DNA of 64,000 nucleotides. Source: Scyliorhinus canicula (Eukaryota). Under the pieces are notes generated by a model, which ran no database searches, was not told the DNA's origin, and worked only from the letters and a program-made list of their open reading frames with translations. Positions 48,701 to 62,946 of this stretch are shown piece by piece. The position numbers and the translations under genes were made by a program. Every line of letters begins with the position of its first letter. Position 1 is the stretch's first letter. The DNA is taken from contig NC_052157.1 in assembly GCF_902713615.1 (NCBI RefSeq), forward strand, positions 33,847,203 to 33,911,202, in the 5' to 3' direction.

Positions 48701-50400
48701 CCTTTAAGCTTTTGAAATGTGTGAATACACAGGCTCTCTTGACTGGCCCATTCAGCCCCCTCACATTCTATGTGATCAGCCTGGTCGGGGGGCACAATTC
48801 CCCCCCCATGCCAATCAACCATAGCCCTTCCTGGGCCAGCCTCCAGCCCGCATCCCGCACCTCCTCAGGACCCGCCCTCAGGCACCCACAGCCATTGACC
48901 CTCACCATGTCACCCTTAAACAGCTCCTCCCCTGTCAGCAGATTTCTACGCCCTCCCTCTTCCCCTCCCCCACCCCATAACAAAATAATAATCCCAAACC
49001 CCGTCAAACACACTTACCACCTGCTCAACCCCCCACTAACCCTTCAGCTAGCCTGCCCAGCTAGCCTGGTAGCACCCTGCCCATGGCGCCTAGTATCCTA
49101 CCTCCCGCTGATTCTGCCCCCCACCCCGCTCAATCATTCTTCCAGTGCAAACTTTACAATCTCCACCAACACAACGAAAAGAGCAATCCACCATACCCCA
49201 TCAGGAACGCGACAAACCCAAAATAGAGCAAATGCCCCAAGTACAGAGCAAAAGTGGTTCATACAAACCAGAGGAAAACCAAAATACAAAACATCCCTTC
49301 CGGAGTTCAATGTCCTCCTTCTCCTGCCAGTCCACTGTCTCTTATAAATTCAATTGCCTACTCTGGCAACCCAAAGTAGAGTTCCTGCTCTTCATACGTC
49401 ACCCAAAAAAGTGCTGGTATAGCATGCCAAACTTCGCCCCCTACTTGAAGAGCCAAACTTCACCCCCTACTTGAAGAGGGCCGACTTCACCTTGTTGAAG
49501 CTCGCCCTCCTTTAGGCCAGTTCTGTACCCGCTCATGTTGACGCGCAGTTCGCTGCCTTCCCAAGTACCTCGTCTGCCTAGCCCATTCAAAATCCGTTCC
49601 TTATCCAGGAACCAGTGCAGTCCCACCACCATCGTCCTCAGCGGCTTGTTCCCTTGGGGCTTCCTCATAAACGCCCTGTTCGCCCGGTCCACCTACAAGG
49701 GCACAGCAATCACTTCTTCACCTCGCAGCTTCTCGAACATCCGCGCCACACATGAACAGGTGTCCACTGCCCTCGGACATTTTAAATGCCCTCCATTTTT
49801 TAATGGGCAATTTTTAATGCCCTCCGGCAGGCTCACGATCCTCAAGTTCTGCCTGCGCGATCTATTCTCCAAATCCTCGCCCTTCTCCTGCAGCCTCATC
49901 TGTTGATCTCTCATCAGCCCCATCTCCACAGCCATCGAGGCAAGCTGCTCCTCATGCTCCCACACCACCTCCTCCACCTTCTCGATCGGCAGGCTCTAGG
50001 CCTCTAGCCTCATCTCCATGCGGTCGATCCCCGCCTTTATCGGATCCACAACCCTGGCCAGGTTCTCCAAGCTCTCCTTCCTCTGCTGAGCAAACTTCTT
50101 GTGGAGGAAGCTCATTAGCTGATTGGTCAACCACTGGGCCGGTAGGCTCGGACCCTGACCCTCCGCCATCTTCCCCTGTGTCGCAGGCTTCACACCAGCT
50201 TTCAGCACTCGTTCCCTCCTTCTTCGACTACCTCTGGTCCACGAATCCAAACACCGGTGGGATACTTTCTTCTTCCACCCCTCCTGCACCTTTCACAATC
50301 ACTCAGCTCTGCCGTTAGCCAGGGAAAAGATCCAAAAAGTCCACCACGAGCGTGAGCCACCAAATGTGCGATCACTCACACTATGGCCGCCACTGGAATT
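45762..50400 (-). mobile_element. L1 LINE with 5'UTR, ORF1 and ORF2 EN/RT; 3' end missing
   Basis: ORF1 LENRSRRQNLRIVSLPEG; EN SAIVVSDHGPH; RT CPLSQLLFALAIEPLA; frameshifted throughout. Confidence 0.92.
48030..48509. mobile_element. hAT MITE carrying an HE1 SINE tail, inserted in the L1 endonuclease region
   Basis: 16-bp TIR CAGGGGTGGGCAAACT; 8-bp TSD CCATAACG. Confidence 0.93.
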
Positions 50401-50429
50401 CTTGTTCCACATTCCTATTGGTACTACAC

Positions 50430-51230
50430 CTTGCAGCAGCAGTGCCTGAGTACCACCCTACCCAAAGGGCATGCACCCGGGGCTTCCAATCCCCAGGGAG
50501 ACCCATCGAGTGCAGATTTGTCTCGTCCCTGTTTGCAGGTACCAGTACTGAACAGCACTCTCCCGAGGTCGCCAAGTCGAAGTGGATAGATCCCAACGCG
50601 TCGGGTATCTTGGGAATCTGCACATTAAAGGGACACTAGCTATCTCGTTTTAAAATGCAGATTTGCCAAAAAGTGATCCTGCCCACAGTGAACGGTATTT
50701 ACATCGCAACATCTCACGAGATCACATTAGATCTCAAGAGGCATTGCGAGCTGGGTAGATCCTGGGAGCGAGCACTCCTGGCTTATATTGGCCATCCTGC
50801 TTTCTGGGCACAACGTGGCCATTCGATCACACCCATAGTCATTTTTATAGAGGTGAGGGTGTGATTTGCACCAGCATTGTGGGGGAGGGGGCCTAAACAC
50901 GCTGGCATGCCTGGCTCCTCAGAGATCGGTCTGCCCGATTTAAAGAGTGCCCAATCTCAGGATAACACTGCAGAAACATGGCTTATCATTGGCATCATGC
51001 CCCGTCATGCATTTGCTGGTATCAGTGCCCCACCCCCAGGTGAGCAACACCCATGATGGGGTCGCCAAATGCCTTGCCTCCTCATGTCCACCCCCTTATG
51101 TCTCACCCCTTGGCATTGTCCTTTGACACTGTCCCTTGGCACTCTCTTATAGCATCCTGGCAGTGCCAAATTGTCAGTGTGAACTGCCAGGTTGGCACTG
51201 CCAGGCTGTGAGTGGCAGTGCCCCATTCCC
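50430..51230. mobile_element. Degenerate palindromic MITE-like repeat
   Basis: Internal inverted repeats (AATCTGCA...TGCAGATT); GGCACTGCCAGG motifs resembling the 7196 element. Confidence 0.45.
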
Positions 51231-51231
51231 T

Positions 51232-51430
51232 ATTTTGTTTCCAATTAAGGGGCAATTTAGCGTGGCCGATCCACCTAAACTGCACTTCTTCGGGTTGTGG
51301 GGATGAGACCCATGCAGACATGGGGCGAATGTGTAATCTCCACACGGACAGTGACCCGGGGCCGGGATCGATCCCGGGTCATCGGCGCTGTGAGACAGCG
51401 GTGCTAACCACTGTGCCACCGTGTCGCCCT
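51232..51430 (-). mobile_element. Poly(A)-type V-SINE, tail clipped
   Basis: CCAATTAAGGGGCAATTTAGCGTGGCC plus tRNA head. Confidence 0.85.
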
Positions 51431-53203
51431 TGATTTTGGAACGTCATCTAAAACTAGGGCAAAAAGTATGATATGTGGATTTCCACCACCCAATAATACA
51501 AACTTCAATATGCTTTTAAAAAATATTTCCAAGCTATATTTACAGACATGTTATTCCCCAGGTTAAATTACCTTTTAGTTCAGAGTATAAATAATATAGT
51601 GATTCTGCAGTCTGTAGCTTTTAACTGTGCCTGTGAAGCTGCTTGAATTGTATCACAAAAGAGTCATCTAAAGAATGTGCTTTGGCAGGGAGTCAGGGGA
51701 CAAGAGGCTTGTCAGTGTTTACACCATTATAATATATCTAACACCAATGAGGCACCAGGAACAGCAGAGTGCAAGAAATAAAAGGTGAGGTAAAACTTAC
51801 GATTGTAACCCATCCTTTTGGCAAGGTTTCAGATCAGGCTGCAGCACTACAATAAATATATATTGCTTCCCAATTGCGGGTGCAAGGTTCATGATGCAGG
51901 ACAAACCACCAAAGGTGAATGGATTAAATCAGGAAACGAATCTTGCTGAAAAGGGAGACAAGTTACCAAAGTTTTTTGTCTTGCACTCATCAGGACAAAT
52001 GGAAGGATGTTCATTTTCAAACCATCACAGCAATTTATACCAAAGGAGAAAAGGGTGCCGAGCGGTTGACAAGTCTACTCTGATTGGCCAATCATTGCCA
52101 CGGAGAAAGCAGCAGAGAACTATATGCTCACCAAGCTCCCAGGTTATTCAATAAGGGTGCAAATCTAGAAATCAGGAAATAGTGATTTGGTAACTTGGGA
52201 TTTCAAAAAACTGCAGTTAAAATAGTACAACAGAAAAAATTATGTTCGAGGAAATGATTGTACAAATTAAATGATGGAGGTTGGCAAAAATATCTAGCAA
52301 TCATTCCACAATGCCAGAATCTTCTTATGAGACTGAGCAGCAAAAAATGGCACTGATTATATATTTTGACTCAAGAAGGCCTATTTCTACCAAATTGAAT
52401 GTGGCGTTGTTTTGAATTGAACTTATAGAGAAGGAATGGGTGTATTATCAACAAAGACTGTACCTGGACAACACTGAGGCAATATTAATAGTGGAAGTGT
52501 GTCGGAGCCAAATGCCATCGACTAGGATTGTTTTCATGTTTGAGATGAAGCTATTTTCAGTAACTGGCTGTGCATCATCTGATGATTCTTTTTTGAGAAT
52601 GCTGAAGGATTTTCATTTTTCTTTACAATAATTCCAGCTATTGGCCAACTTCATGACTCAAATCTGAGTCTCTGAAAAATCCCAGAATTTAAGAGGCAAA
52701 TCTGGAGTTCAGTATAAATAGTGCTTAACATCATTATTTAAAAACAACACTTGAAAGAGTATGGAAACACTATTTTTGTGACAAAAACTCAAAAGTTGAG
52801 GGAAGAATATCATTAATATAGAAAGGCTTTGTGCGATAGAAGGCTCTGGAGAGCACGCTTTTTGTGAAAAAACAGGTCATACGCATGAACTGCAGTATAG
52901 TCTCTGAAAGCCATTTGGTTTCCTGTAATTTTCTCTGAAATAGACCTTTCTTCGTGGTCCCTTTCAACCTATTGCACATTTTGGCCCAAAAAAGTTGTTT
53001 CAATTTCCCATCGGTTATTCCACATTTTCTAATTTAAAATGAATTCCTCGTCTGATCCAAAAAAAACTTACGAAATATTAATATTTCGAAAGTATAAACC
53101 TACCCAAGATGTTCACCACGATGTTGTCCTGATTCAAATGCGCAAATAACTGGTTCTAATCATTTATGTTAATAGGCAGAGTATGATTCCAGAAATGATT
53201 TTC

Positions 53204-53546
53204 ATAGAATCATAGAATTTACAGTGTAGAAGGAGGCCATTCGGCCCATCGAGTCTACACCGGCCCGTGGAAAGAGCACTCCACTTAAGCACGCACCTCC
53301 ACCCTATCCCCGTAACCCAGTAACCCAACCTAATCTTTTGTTTTGGACACGAAGGGCAATTTATCATGGCCAATCCACCTAACCTGCACATCTTTCGACT
53401 GTGGGAGAAAACCGGAGCACCTGGAGGAAACCCACGCAGGCATGGGGAGAACGTGCAGACTCCGCACAGACAGTGACCCAAGCCGGGAATCGAACCTGGG
53501 ACCCTGGTGCTGTGAAGTAACAGTGCTAACCACTGTGCTACCGTGC
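53204..53546 (-). mobile_element. HE1-type V-SINE with (ATTCTATG)n CR1 tail
   Basis: CATAGAATCATAGAATTTACAGTG; V core; tRNA head. Confidence 0.9.
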
Positions 53547-54489
53547 GTTATCTGATCTGCTCGGCTATTAGTCTTCAAATAAGCAAAGTGTTTTTTATTG
53601 CTGTGCTGAACAACTATTAAACAGCTAACTGGCTCAGAGCTAAGCAGCCCTAATGTGTTGTTTTCGACAATATACCGAGTTCATGGAATTTTAGCAGTGT
53701 TTGAAGATCTCAATGTCAACGTTAAGGACAACTGCAGCATTGACAGATAGAAAATCCACTTAATGTGGACCAGCAGTTTTATAGGCAGAATGAAGTGAGT
53801 GCTTTTCATTTAATTTCACCATGATTTATATGATGTGATATTCCTTAGCATAAAAACTTGGAATGAGTACAGAACACATCTCGCACCTTCCTGCGATTGC
53901 CTGCACAGAGTCACATCTACATCAGGCCTCATAAATCATGCGCTACAAAACAAGTTTAATCAAATAGGTGTAAATTTGATCTGCAAATTTATTAGCTGCC
54001 TTGAGAAGGGGGTTGGGGGGTTGGGTGGTGGGTGGTCGTGGGTGGGACAGATGCTACCGAGTTTTTCCAGATAAACTGTAAAAGGAAACAGAAGTGTAAT
54101 GGCGATAACTAAATGTCAGCTTGTGGGTTTATGACTGTCAAGAGCTGCACATTTAACCTGTTGGTCATGATATATAAAGAGCATTTTATTACATTACTCA
54201 AATATAAATATATACATATATATTCTCATTAATGTCTGATTCATGTTGTTGTAACGCACCCAGCCAAACAGAAAAAAAACATAAGTTGTTCTCCGTCAAA
54301 TCCTAATCTTCAGCTGTATCAAACACAAATTGAAAATTATTTCTGGGCCAGATGAATTCCCCTCCCCCCCCCACCCCCGCTGAGTATACTCTCATTTGCA
54401 CAATGTTTGAGAAGGGTCGGTTTGAGTATAAAATAGGAATTCAGATTTTTCAATACCGTAACCTTGCAGCATGCTAAAGAATGAAGTGA

Positions 54490-57125
54490 TCCCACAACCA
54501 ATCGATCGGATCAAAGCTCTGCAGCACTGCCACACCCAATCGTGAATGATGGTGGACAACTCAACAACTAGTGGAAGGAGGAGGCTCCACAAACATCCCA
54601 ATTTTCATTGATGGAGGAGCACCATACAAGATTGAAGCATTTGGAACTGTCTTCAACCAAATCATGTTGAGACAATTATAATAACCTTCATGAGATCCAG
54701 GGACATGGGATGGGGTGGAGGTGTGGGCTTAGGTCGGGTGCTCATTCAGGGGCTGGTGTAGACTCAAAGGGCCGAGTAGCCTCCTGCTTCGGCAGCATGG
54801 TAGCACAGTGATTAGCACTGTTGCTGCACAGCTCCAGGGTCCCAGGTTTGATTCCCGGCTTGGGTCACTGTCTGTGCGGAGTCTGCATGTTCTCCCGTGT
54901 CTGCGTGTGTTTCCTCCGGGTGCACCGCTTTCCTCCCACAGTCCAAAGATGTGCAGGTTAGGTGGATTGGCCGTGCTAAATTGCTCTTAGTGTCCAAAAA
55001 GGTTGGGTTGTGTTGGGTTACAGGGATAGGGTGGAGGTGTGGGCTTAGGCGGGGTGCTCTTTCCAAGGGCCAGTGCAAACTCAATGGGCCGAATGGCCTC
55101 CTTCTGCACTGTAAATTCTATGATTCTATGAATGACACCTCGATTGATCTCCCTGTTGGGCTTGCAGAATGCGAGCTCCCCTACTAATGGGCGGAGGCCC
55201 ATCAGCTGGGGCTCATAGAATCATAAAAAGCGGCCCAGATTGGAACTGGCATGATTGGTAGTCCTGGCTGGGAACTTTGTGCTGTATGACGCTTTGCGGC
55301 CTTTTCTTTTGGCTGAAGATAAATTGGCAGTTGGATTTATCTTCCCGGGTCTTCTGAGCTTTCATAAGGATGATCCATCTCAGCCTCCTACTCAGGTCCA
55401 CGCCATCACAATAGTCAGCCAATTCGATTCACTCCATATGATATCAAGTGATGGCTGAACACAATGAATACGGGAAATGATATGGGTCCTGGCAACCTCC
55501 GGACTTATGCTCCAGAATGAGCCACACCTTTCGCCAACCTCTTCCAGTGCAATACCGGCATCTACCCAAAAATGAGAAAAATTGCACTTCTGTGTCCTGT
55601 TCACAAAAAGCAAGACAAATCCAATTCAGCCAATTACGACCCCATTACTCTATTCTGAATCATTGGCAAAGTAATGAAAGATGTGGTTAGACATGTGGTT
55701 AGCATGACTTAGACAACATTCAGGCTTGGGCTGATAAGTGGCCAGTAACATTTGTGCCATACAAGTGCTAGGCAATGACCATCTCCAAGAAGAGAATCTA
55801 ACGATCTTCCCTTGACATTCAACAATATTACCAATGCTGGATCGCCCACCATCAATATCCTGGGGTTAGTATTGACCAGAATCTTAACTGGACCAGCCAT
55901 AACGTCTGTGACTACAAGGGTAGGTCAGAGGCCAGGAATTCTGTAGCATAACTCAATTCCTGACTCCCCATATCCTGAACAACATTTAAAAGGTACAAGT
56001 CAGGAGTGTGTTGGAAGGGCAGCACGGTGGCACAGTGGTTAGCATTGCTGCCTATGGCACTGAGGACCCGGGTTCGAATCCCGGCCCTGGCTCACTGTCC
56101 ATGTGGAGTTTGCACATTCTCCCCGTGTCTGCGTGGGTTTCACCCCCACAACCCAAAGATGTGCAGGATAGGTAGATTGGCCACGCTAAATTGCCCCTTA
56201 ATTGGAAAAAATTATTGGGTACTCTAAATTTAAGAAAAAAAATAAAAAAATAAAAAGGAGTGTGATGGGATACTCTCCACTTGCCTGGCTGAATACAGCT
56301 CCAACTACACTCAAGAAGCTCAACACAATCCAGGACAAAGCAGCCTTTTTGATTTGCACCTCATCCACTATTTGAAGCATTCACTCCCACCCCCACTGCT
56401 GCACAGTGACTGCAATGTGTGCCATCACTAACGTCCTTTAGGGCGGCACGGTACCACAGCACCAAGGACCCGGGTTCGAATCACGGCTTTGGTCACTGTC
56501 TGTATGGAGTCCGCACGTTCTCCCTGTGTCTGTGTCTGTGGGTTTCCTTCGGGTGCTCCAGTTTCTTCCCACAAGTGCCGAAAGACATGCTTGTTAGGTG
56601 AGTTGGACATTCAAATTCTCTTTCACTCAGCGTACTCGAATAGGTGCTGGAGTTTGGCGACTAGGGGATTTTCATAGTAACTTCATTGCAGTGATAATGT
56701 AAGGCTACTTGTGACACCAATAAAGATTATTATTATTAGAAACCTGCCATCCTTACCTATTTTGCTGTCCATTAACGGTCGCCGGTCAGAAACAGCACTG
56801 TGGGTGTACCTACATCACTTGGACTGCAGCAGTTCAAGAAGGTGGCTGACTACCACCACCGTTTAAAAAAAAATAATTTAGAGTGCCCAATTTCTTTTTT
56901 CCAATTAAGGGGTAATTTAGTGTGGCCAATCCACCTAACCGGCACATCTTTGGGTACAAACTCCACATGGACAGTGACCCGGGGCCGGGATTTGAACCCG
57001 GGTCCTCAACGCCGTAGGCAGCAGTGCTAACCACCGTGCCACATGCCTGATTATCATCATCTTGAGGGAAATTAGAAGCTGCCTTGCCAACAGAACTCAC
57101 ATCCCACGAACAAATAAAAATCAAC
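54490..57125 (+). mobile_element. Old deleted CR1-like LINE hosting several SINEs (54790-55131 +, 56017-56255 +, 56441-56737 +, 56865-57042 -)
   Basis: CR1-type RT fragments at 55480-56400; SINE at 56017 has TSD AGGAGTGTGTTGGAA/AGGAGTGTGATGGGA. Confidence 0.75.
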
Positions 57126-58470
57126 AAAAATATTAGTCAATACCTGTGGGATGTCTTCAAAATATTGAGCTTAAACATTATTCGTATAAGACTTTTTAGC
57201 GGGAATCAGACAATTGAGCAGAATTAAAAATCGAATACTGATCGCAAATCATTGCCGATTGTTGTAAAAACCCATTTGCTTCACTAATAATCGATAGGTG
57301 AAGGAAATCCTTAACTTGGCTGGTCTACATGTGACTCCAGACCAACAGTGTGAATCATAGAATCCCTACAGTGCAGAAGGAGGCCATTCAGCCCATCGAG
57401 TCTACACCGACCCTCCAAAAGAGCACTGTACCCAGGCACTCTCCGTCATCCACCCTGTCCTATCCCCGTAACCTAACCTGTACATCCCTGGACACTAAGG
57501 GGCAATTTAGCATGGCCAATCCACCTAACCTAGCCTAGCAAGTCACTCAGTTCAAGGACAATAAGGCATGGGCAATTAATGCTGGCTCAGCCAGTGACGC
57601 CCTCATCCCAGGAAGGAATTTTTTAAAAACTACTCTTTATGATCCATTGTATAAAACAGATTCTATTTGGGCATTTAATTTAATAAAATTTACCAGAGGT
57701 GGTGGCCCAAGGTCAACTTTGTTTCCTTCCATTCCCCATTCCTCTGTAGAAGAATGGTGCTTGGGGAGTTTGCACTGCTGGGGTGGAACCCGTCACTCAC
57801 AGAAGAAGGACACTGGACTTGGGTGTGACTGGAATCAGTTCCAAACCAATAGTGGGATTTGAATCTTATGACGAGCTTCTTCAACTTTTCCTGTGTGTTG
57901 GAGTTACTGGGGAGAGGATTCTGTGACTCACCCTATGAAGGCTGTACAGCAGTGGTGGACAACCTGTGGTCCGGACGCCACATGCGACCTGTCATAATAT
58001 CCACTCATGTATAGAATGAGACGCAGACAGGCAGTGATTGACACACAGGATGACCAATGAACACACAACACAGAACAACCAATTACCAGACAAGACACCA
58101 CCACTATAAAGCCCACAGGGCATTAAGACTCCCGCTCTTTTCGGGACCCGGACACTGAGACAGTCAGCGTGCACAAGTTAGTGGGCACTATTGCCATGTG
58201 GCAGCTAGTAAGTCTGGTCGAGCCAATAAGAGGTCATCAGTAGGATTAGTAGAGTGTGAACCCACAGCTGAACATGTGCAGCAGTTCATAGTTAAATAAA
58301 ACAGTGTTAGATCATCTCCGGTGTCAGACGTTTGTTTCTAGCCTCCCTGCATCCAGTTGCAGTCGACGTCGAACCAACCTGCCTAACACATCATGGTACC
58401 AGAGAGCTATTAATCCTGCCAAACCTACCTTGAGTGAATCTGCAACGATCAGCAAGCAGCCATCCAGTGA

Positions 58471-61400
58471 AATGGAAAACATCCAACCTCCTCCGCAGCT
58501 CCGCATCTCCGGCAACCTCGCCGCCAATTGGAAAATCTTCAAGCAAAAGTTCCTCCTGTATATCGAGGTCTCCGACCTCGAGGCAGCATAGGGTGCCAGG
58601 AAGATCGCGCTAGTTCTCTCGACCGCGGGGGATCACGCCATCCATATCTACAACTCGCTTACGTTTGACAATGGCGAAGACAAGATGAAGTTCAAAACAG
58701 TTCTGCTAAAATTCGACAGCCACTGCGACATTGAAGTGAATGAGAGCTTTGAATGGTACATATTCCAACAGAGGCTTCAGGGTAAGGGTAAGTCCTTCCT
58801 GACCCATCTCCGCATCCTGGCGCAGTCATGTAATTATGGCTCGACGGCTGATTCCATGATCCGGGATCAGATTGTTTTCGGGGTCCACGGCAATTCCCTG
58901 CGGCAGCAGCTCCTCAAAATCAAACAGCTAACCCTCTCCGTCGCTATCGAGACGTGCGTAGTCCATGAGCATGCCAAGAATCGTTACTCCTACATCAGGG
59001 CAGTGGAAACTGCAAAATTGGGCTCCCACGAGGCAGAACGAGTGCCGGCCATTGCAAGAATGCAAGGCCTGAGTATCTAGGAGAGTGGCCGTTTCGCTCG
59101 CTTTTCCCGGGTCCCTACGCATGCGTGCTGCGACCGGGTGGACGACGAGGCCGAAAACCCTAATGCGCAGGTGCATACGTCAGCCGAAAGCACTGCGCTT
59201 GTGCGTTGGCACATGGAACGCGCTGACGTCGGCGTTTTCATGCGTTCGAATTGTGGGCTCCGCCCATTTAAAGCGGCAATGTCCAGCCAAAGGACGGCAA
59301 TGCCTACAGTGTGGAAAGCCTCGCCATTACACGGCCTTCAGCAGGTCCGCTCCACCAATTATCAGCCAGCGGTCCCAGACACGGCGCAGAAGTATCCGCT
59401 CGGTACAAGACATGCAGGATGCTGATCCCAACAGCCCAACGGACCCTGATGCTGACTGCCTCGAGTCTCCATATCGGGTGGGCATCATAACCACATGCGA
59501 GCTGGTCTCCACTGTACCTGCAACCCGCCTTTCGATCCTCAGTATGGATCCTGATGACGAGTGGTGTGCTATCCTCAGTTAACCAGGCTCGCATCCGATT
59601 TAAACTGGACACCGGCACGTCTGCAAACCTCATATCGCAGTCAGATCTCGACAGCTCCGTGACCAACCCAGCATTCTTCCACCAGCCTGCCAACCCCTTC
59701 ACTACAATGGCAATGCCATAGCTGCCAGTGGATCGTGTCGGCTAGGGGTATCTCACAAGGAATTCAAGGCAACTTTATGATTTGAGATCGTTCGGCCTGA
59801 CAGGGCATCCCTGCTCGGTGCTCACGCCTGCAAGCTCCTGAATCTGGTCCAGCGAGTCCTCACCATGTCCTCGACACCAGTGACTGCCTTGCCCGATGTG
59901 AATCTCCAGGCCGAGATAGACGACATTCTCACACAATACCACAACGTGTTTGATGGAATGGGCACGCTCCCACATCACTACAAAATTCTGCTCAAGCCGA
60001 ACGCCACCCCAGTGATCCATGCACCATGCCGGGTGCCGGCTCCTCTCAAGGATCATCTGAAAAAACAGCTGCAAGATCTCCAGGACCAGGGCATCATCTC
60101 AAAGGTCACAGAACCAACAGACTGGGTCAGCTCCATGGTCTGCGTAAAAAATCCCTCTGGTGAACTCCGCATTTGCATTGATCCCAAAGACCTGAACCGC
60201 AACATCATGCGAGAGCACTACCCAATCCCGAAGCGTGAAGAGTTAACCAGTGAGATGGCTCATGCCAAATTCTTCGCCAAGCTGGACGCCTCCCGTGGCT
60301 TCTGGCAAATACAGCTGGACACGTCCAGTCGGAAGCTGTGCACGTTTAACACTCCGTTCGGCAGGTGTTGCTACAACCGCATGCCCTTCGGTATCCTATC
60401 AGCTTCCGAAGTATTTCATCGCATCATGGAGCAAATGATGGAGGGCATCGAGGGGGTGCGAGTCTATGTGGACGAAGTGATCATCTGATCCACAATGCCC
60501 GAGGATCACATTGCCCGCCTCAGACAGGTCTTCCAGCGAATTCATGGAAATGGCCTCCAGCTCAAGAGGGCCAAATGCTCATTCGGTCAATCCGCTATCA
60601 AGTTTCTGAGTGACCAGATTTCACAGCAGGGTGTGCAACCTGACGCCGGCAAGGTGCTGCCGATCAACGCCATGAACACCCCGGAGGACAAGAAGGCGGT
60701 CCTCCGCTTCCTCGGGATGCTAGCTTTTCTCGGGAAATTCATTCCCAATTTGGCGGCCCACACCACGGCCCTCTGGCATCTCATAAAGAAGTCAACAGTG
60801 TTCCAGTGCCTGCCCGCCCATGAAAAGGAGTGGCTCGAGCTAAAGGCGAAGCTCACCACAGCCCCAGTACTGGTGTTCTTTGGCCCAACCAAGGACACCA
60901 AGATATCTACTGATGCTAGCCAGGATGGCATTGGGGCGGTGCTGCTCCAGTGAGATGACTCCTCATCCTGGGCTCCAGTGGTATATGCCTCCAGGGCCAT
61001 GACGCCGACCGAGCAACGGTATGCCGAGATCAAGAAGGAGTGCTTGAGCCTCCTGACAGGAATAGTCAAGTTTCATGACTACGTATACGGCCTGCCGAAG
61101 TTCATGGTGGATACAGACCACAGGCTTTTAGTCCACATAATCCAGAAGGATTTAAATGACATGACACCTCGGCTACAGCGAATTCTTCTTCGTCTCCGCC
61201 GATATGACTTCAAACTCGTCTACACACCGGGTAAGGAGCTGATCATCGCGGATGCCCTATCCAGGTCCATCACGACGCCGTGTGAACAGGGCGACTTCAT
61301 CTGCCGCAGAGAGGCACAGGTGCAGTTGTGTGCCAGCAACCTACCAGCCACTGATGAACGCATGGTCCAAATACATGAAGAAACTGCCAATGATCCTCTA

Positions 61401-62946
61401 CTCCAGCGCGTGATGCAATACCTTTCCCATGGCTGGCAAAAGGGGCAGTGTCCCCAGTTCTTTAACGTTAAGGATGAGTTAACGGTCATTGTGGGAATCC
61501 TTCTTAAACTGGATAGGATCTTCATTCCTCAAAGCATGCGAGCTATGGTGCTCGGGCAGATCCATGGGGGTCACCTTGGGGTCAAACAATCTCGACGCAG
61601 AGCTCGGGAGGCGGTTTATTGGCTGGGCGTCAACCAGAACATTGCTGACACGGTCCTCAACTGCCCAACCTGCCAGAAGTTTGAACCGGCTCAGCCCAAA
61701 GAAATACTGCAACATCACGAGATTGTGACCTCTCCGTGGTCTAAAGTGGGGGATAGACCTCTTTCATGCCAATGGGCGTAATTACGTGCTCTTGGTCGGC
61801 TACTTCTCCAGTTACCCGGAAGTGGTGAAATTGTCGGACCTCACGTCTAGGTCTGTCATCAAAGCCTGCAAAGAGACGTTTGCCAGGCACGGGATACCAC
61901 TCACAGTAATCATAGAATCTACAGTTCAGAAGGAGGCCACTCGGCCCACCGGCTCTTGGAAAGAGCACCCTACCCAAGGTCAACACCTCCACCCTATCCC
62001 CATGACCCAGTAACCCCACCCAACACTAAGGGAAATTTATCATGGCCAATCCACCTAACCTGCACATCTTTGGACTGTGGGAGGAAACCGGAGTACCCGG
62101 AGGAAACCCACGCACATACGGGAAGGATGCGCAGACTCCGCACAGACAGCGACCCAAGCCAGAATCGAACCTGGGACCCTGGAGCTGTGAAGCAATTGTT
62201 CTATCCACAATGCAATGAGTGACAACGGTCCATGTTTCTACAGCCAAGAGTGATCCGATTTTGCATGATCCTACAACTTCAGACACATCACCTCCAGTCC
62301 CCATTACCCACAATCAAACAGGAAGGCCGAGAAAGGGGTCCATATTGTCAAGCGGTTGTTGTGCAAGGCAGCAGACACAGCCTCCGATTTGAACTTGGCG
62401 CTGCTGGCTTACAGGGCAGCCCCTCTGTCAACTGGATTGTCTCCGGCGCAGATGCTCATGAACCACAACCTGAGGACGTCTGTTCCAGACCTTGACCACC
62501 TCACAGTGCTGCAAAAAGTGCATCAGTCCAGGGACCAGCAGAAGATCACGTATGATGCTCATGCCACGGATCTGCCTGCGCTGTCTCCCGCAGATATTGT
62601 TCGCGTCCAGTTGCCTGAGGGCGGTTGGTCGGCTCCAGCTGTTGTTGTCAGGGAGGCCGCCCCAAGGTCTTTCATTGATCAAATGGCTGACGGCTCCATT
62701 CTCCGGCGCAACATGAGGGCGCTGCGGAGAGTTCCCCGCCCACCGACTAACCGCATTGCTCCGCCGGCTATCATGCCTCCTCCGGACATCTCCTGCCACG
62801 AGGCCACCGATCTGCCAGTGATCCTACCTGTCCATGACACTGCTGCAATGCCAGCAATCCTGCCTGTCCAAGTTTCGGCGTCTCCTGCTCCACCTCTGCG
62901 GCGATCGACCAGAATTTGTCGCCCGCCTCAAAGACTGAATCTATAG
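58471..62946 (+). pseudogene. gag-pol (Gag, 2 zinc knuckles, protease, RT, RNase H, integrase), disrupted
   Basis: CSNCG..H / CLQCGKPRH; LDTG; LDASRGFWQI, RMPFG, YVDE; DASQDGIGAVL; HGGHLG..CPTC; multiple stops and frameshifts. Confidence 0.95.
61911..62213 (-). mobile_element. HE1-type V-SINE inserted in the integrase
   Basis: Splits GIPLTV|MSDNGPCF with an AAT duplication. Confidence 0.92.

Noticed and set aside
59865-61781. RT/RNase H ORFs as an active or domesticated gene
   Set aside because: YVDD is changed to YVDE, with in-frame stops, frameshifts and a SINE in the integrase
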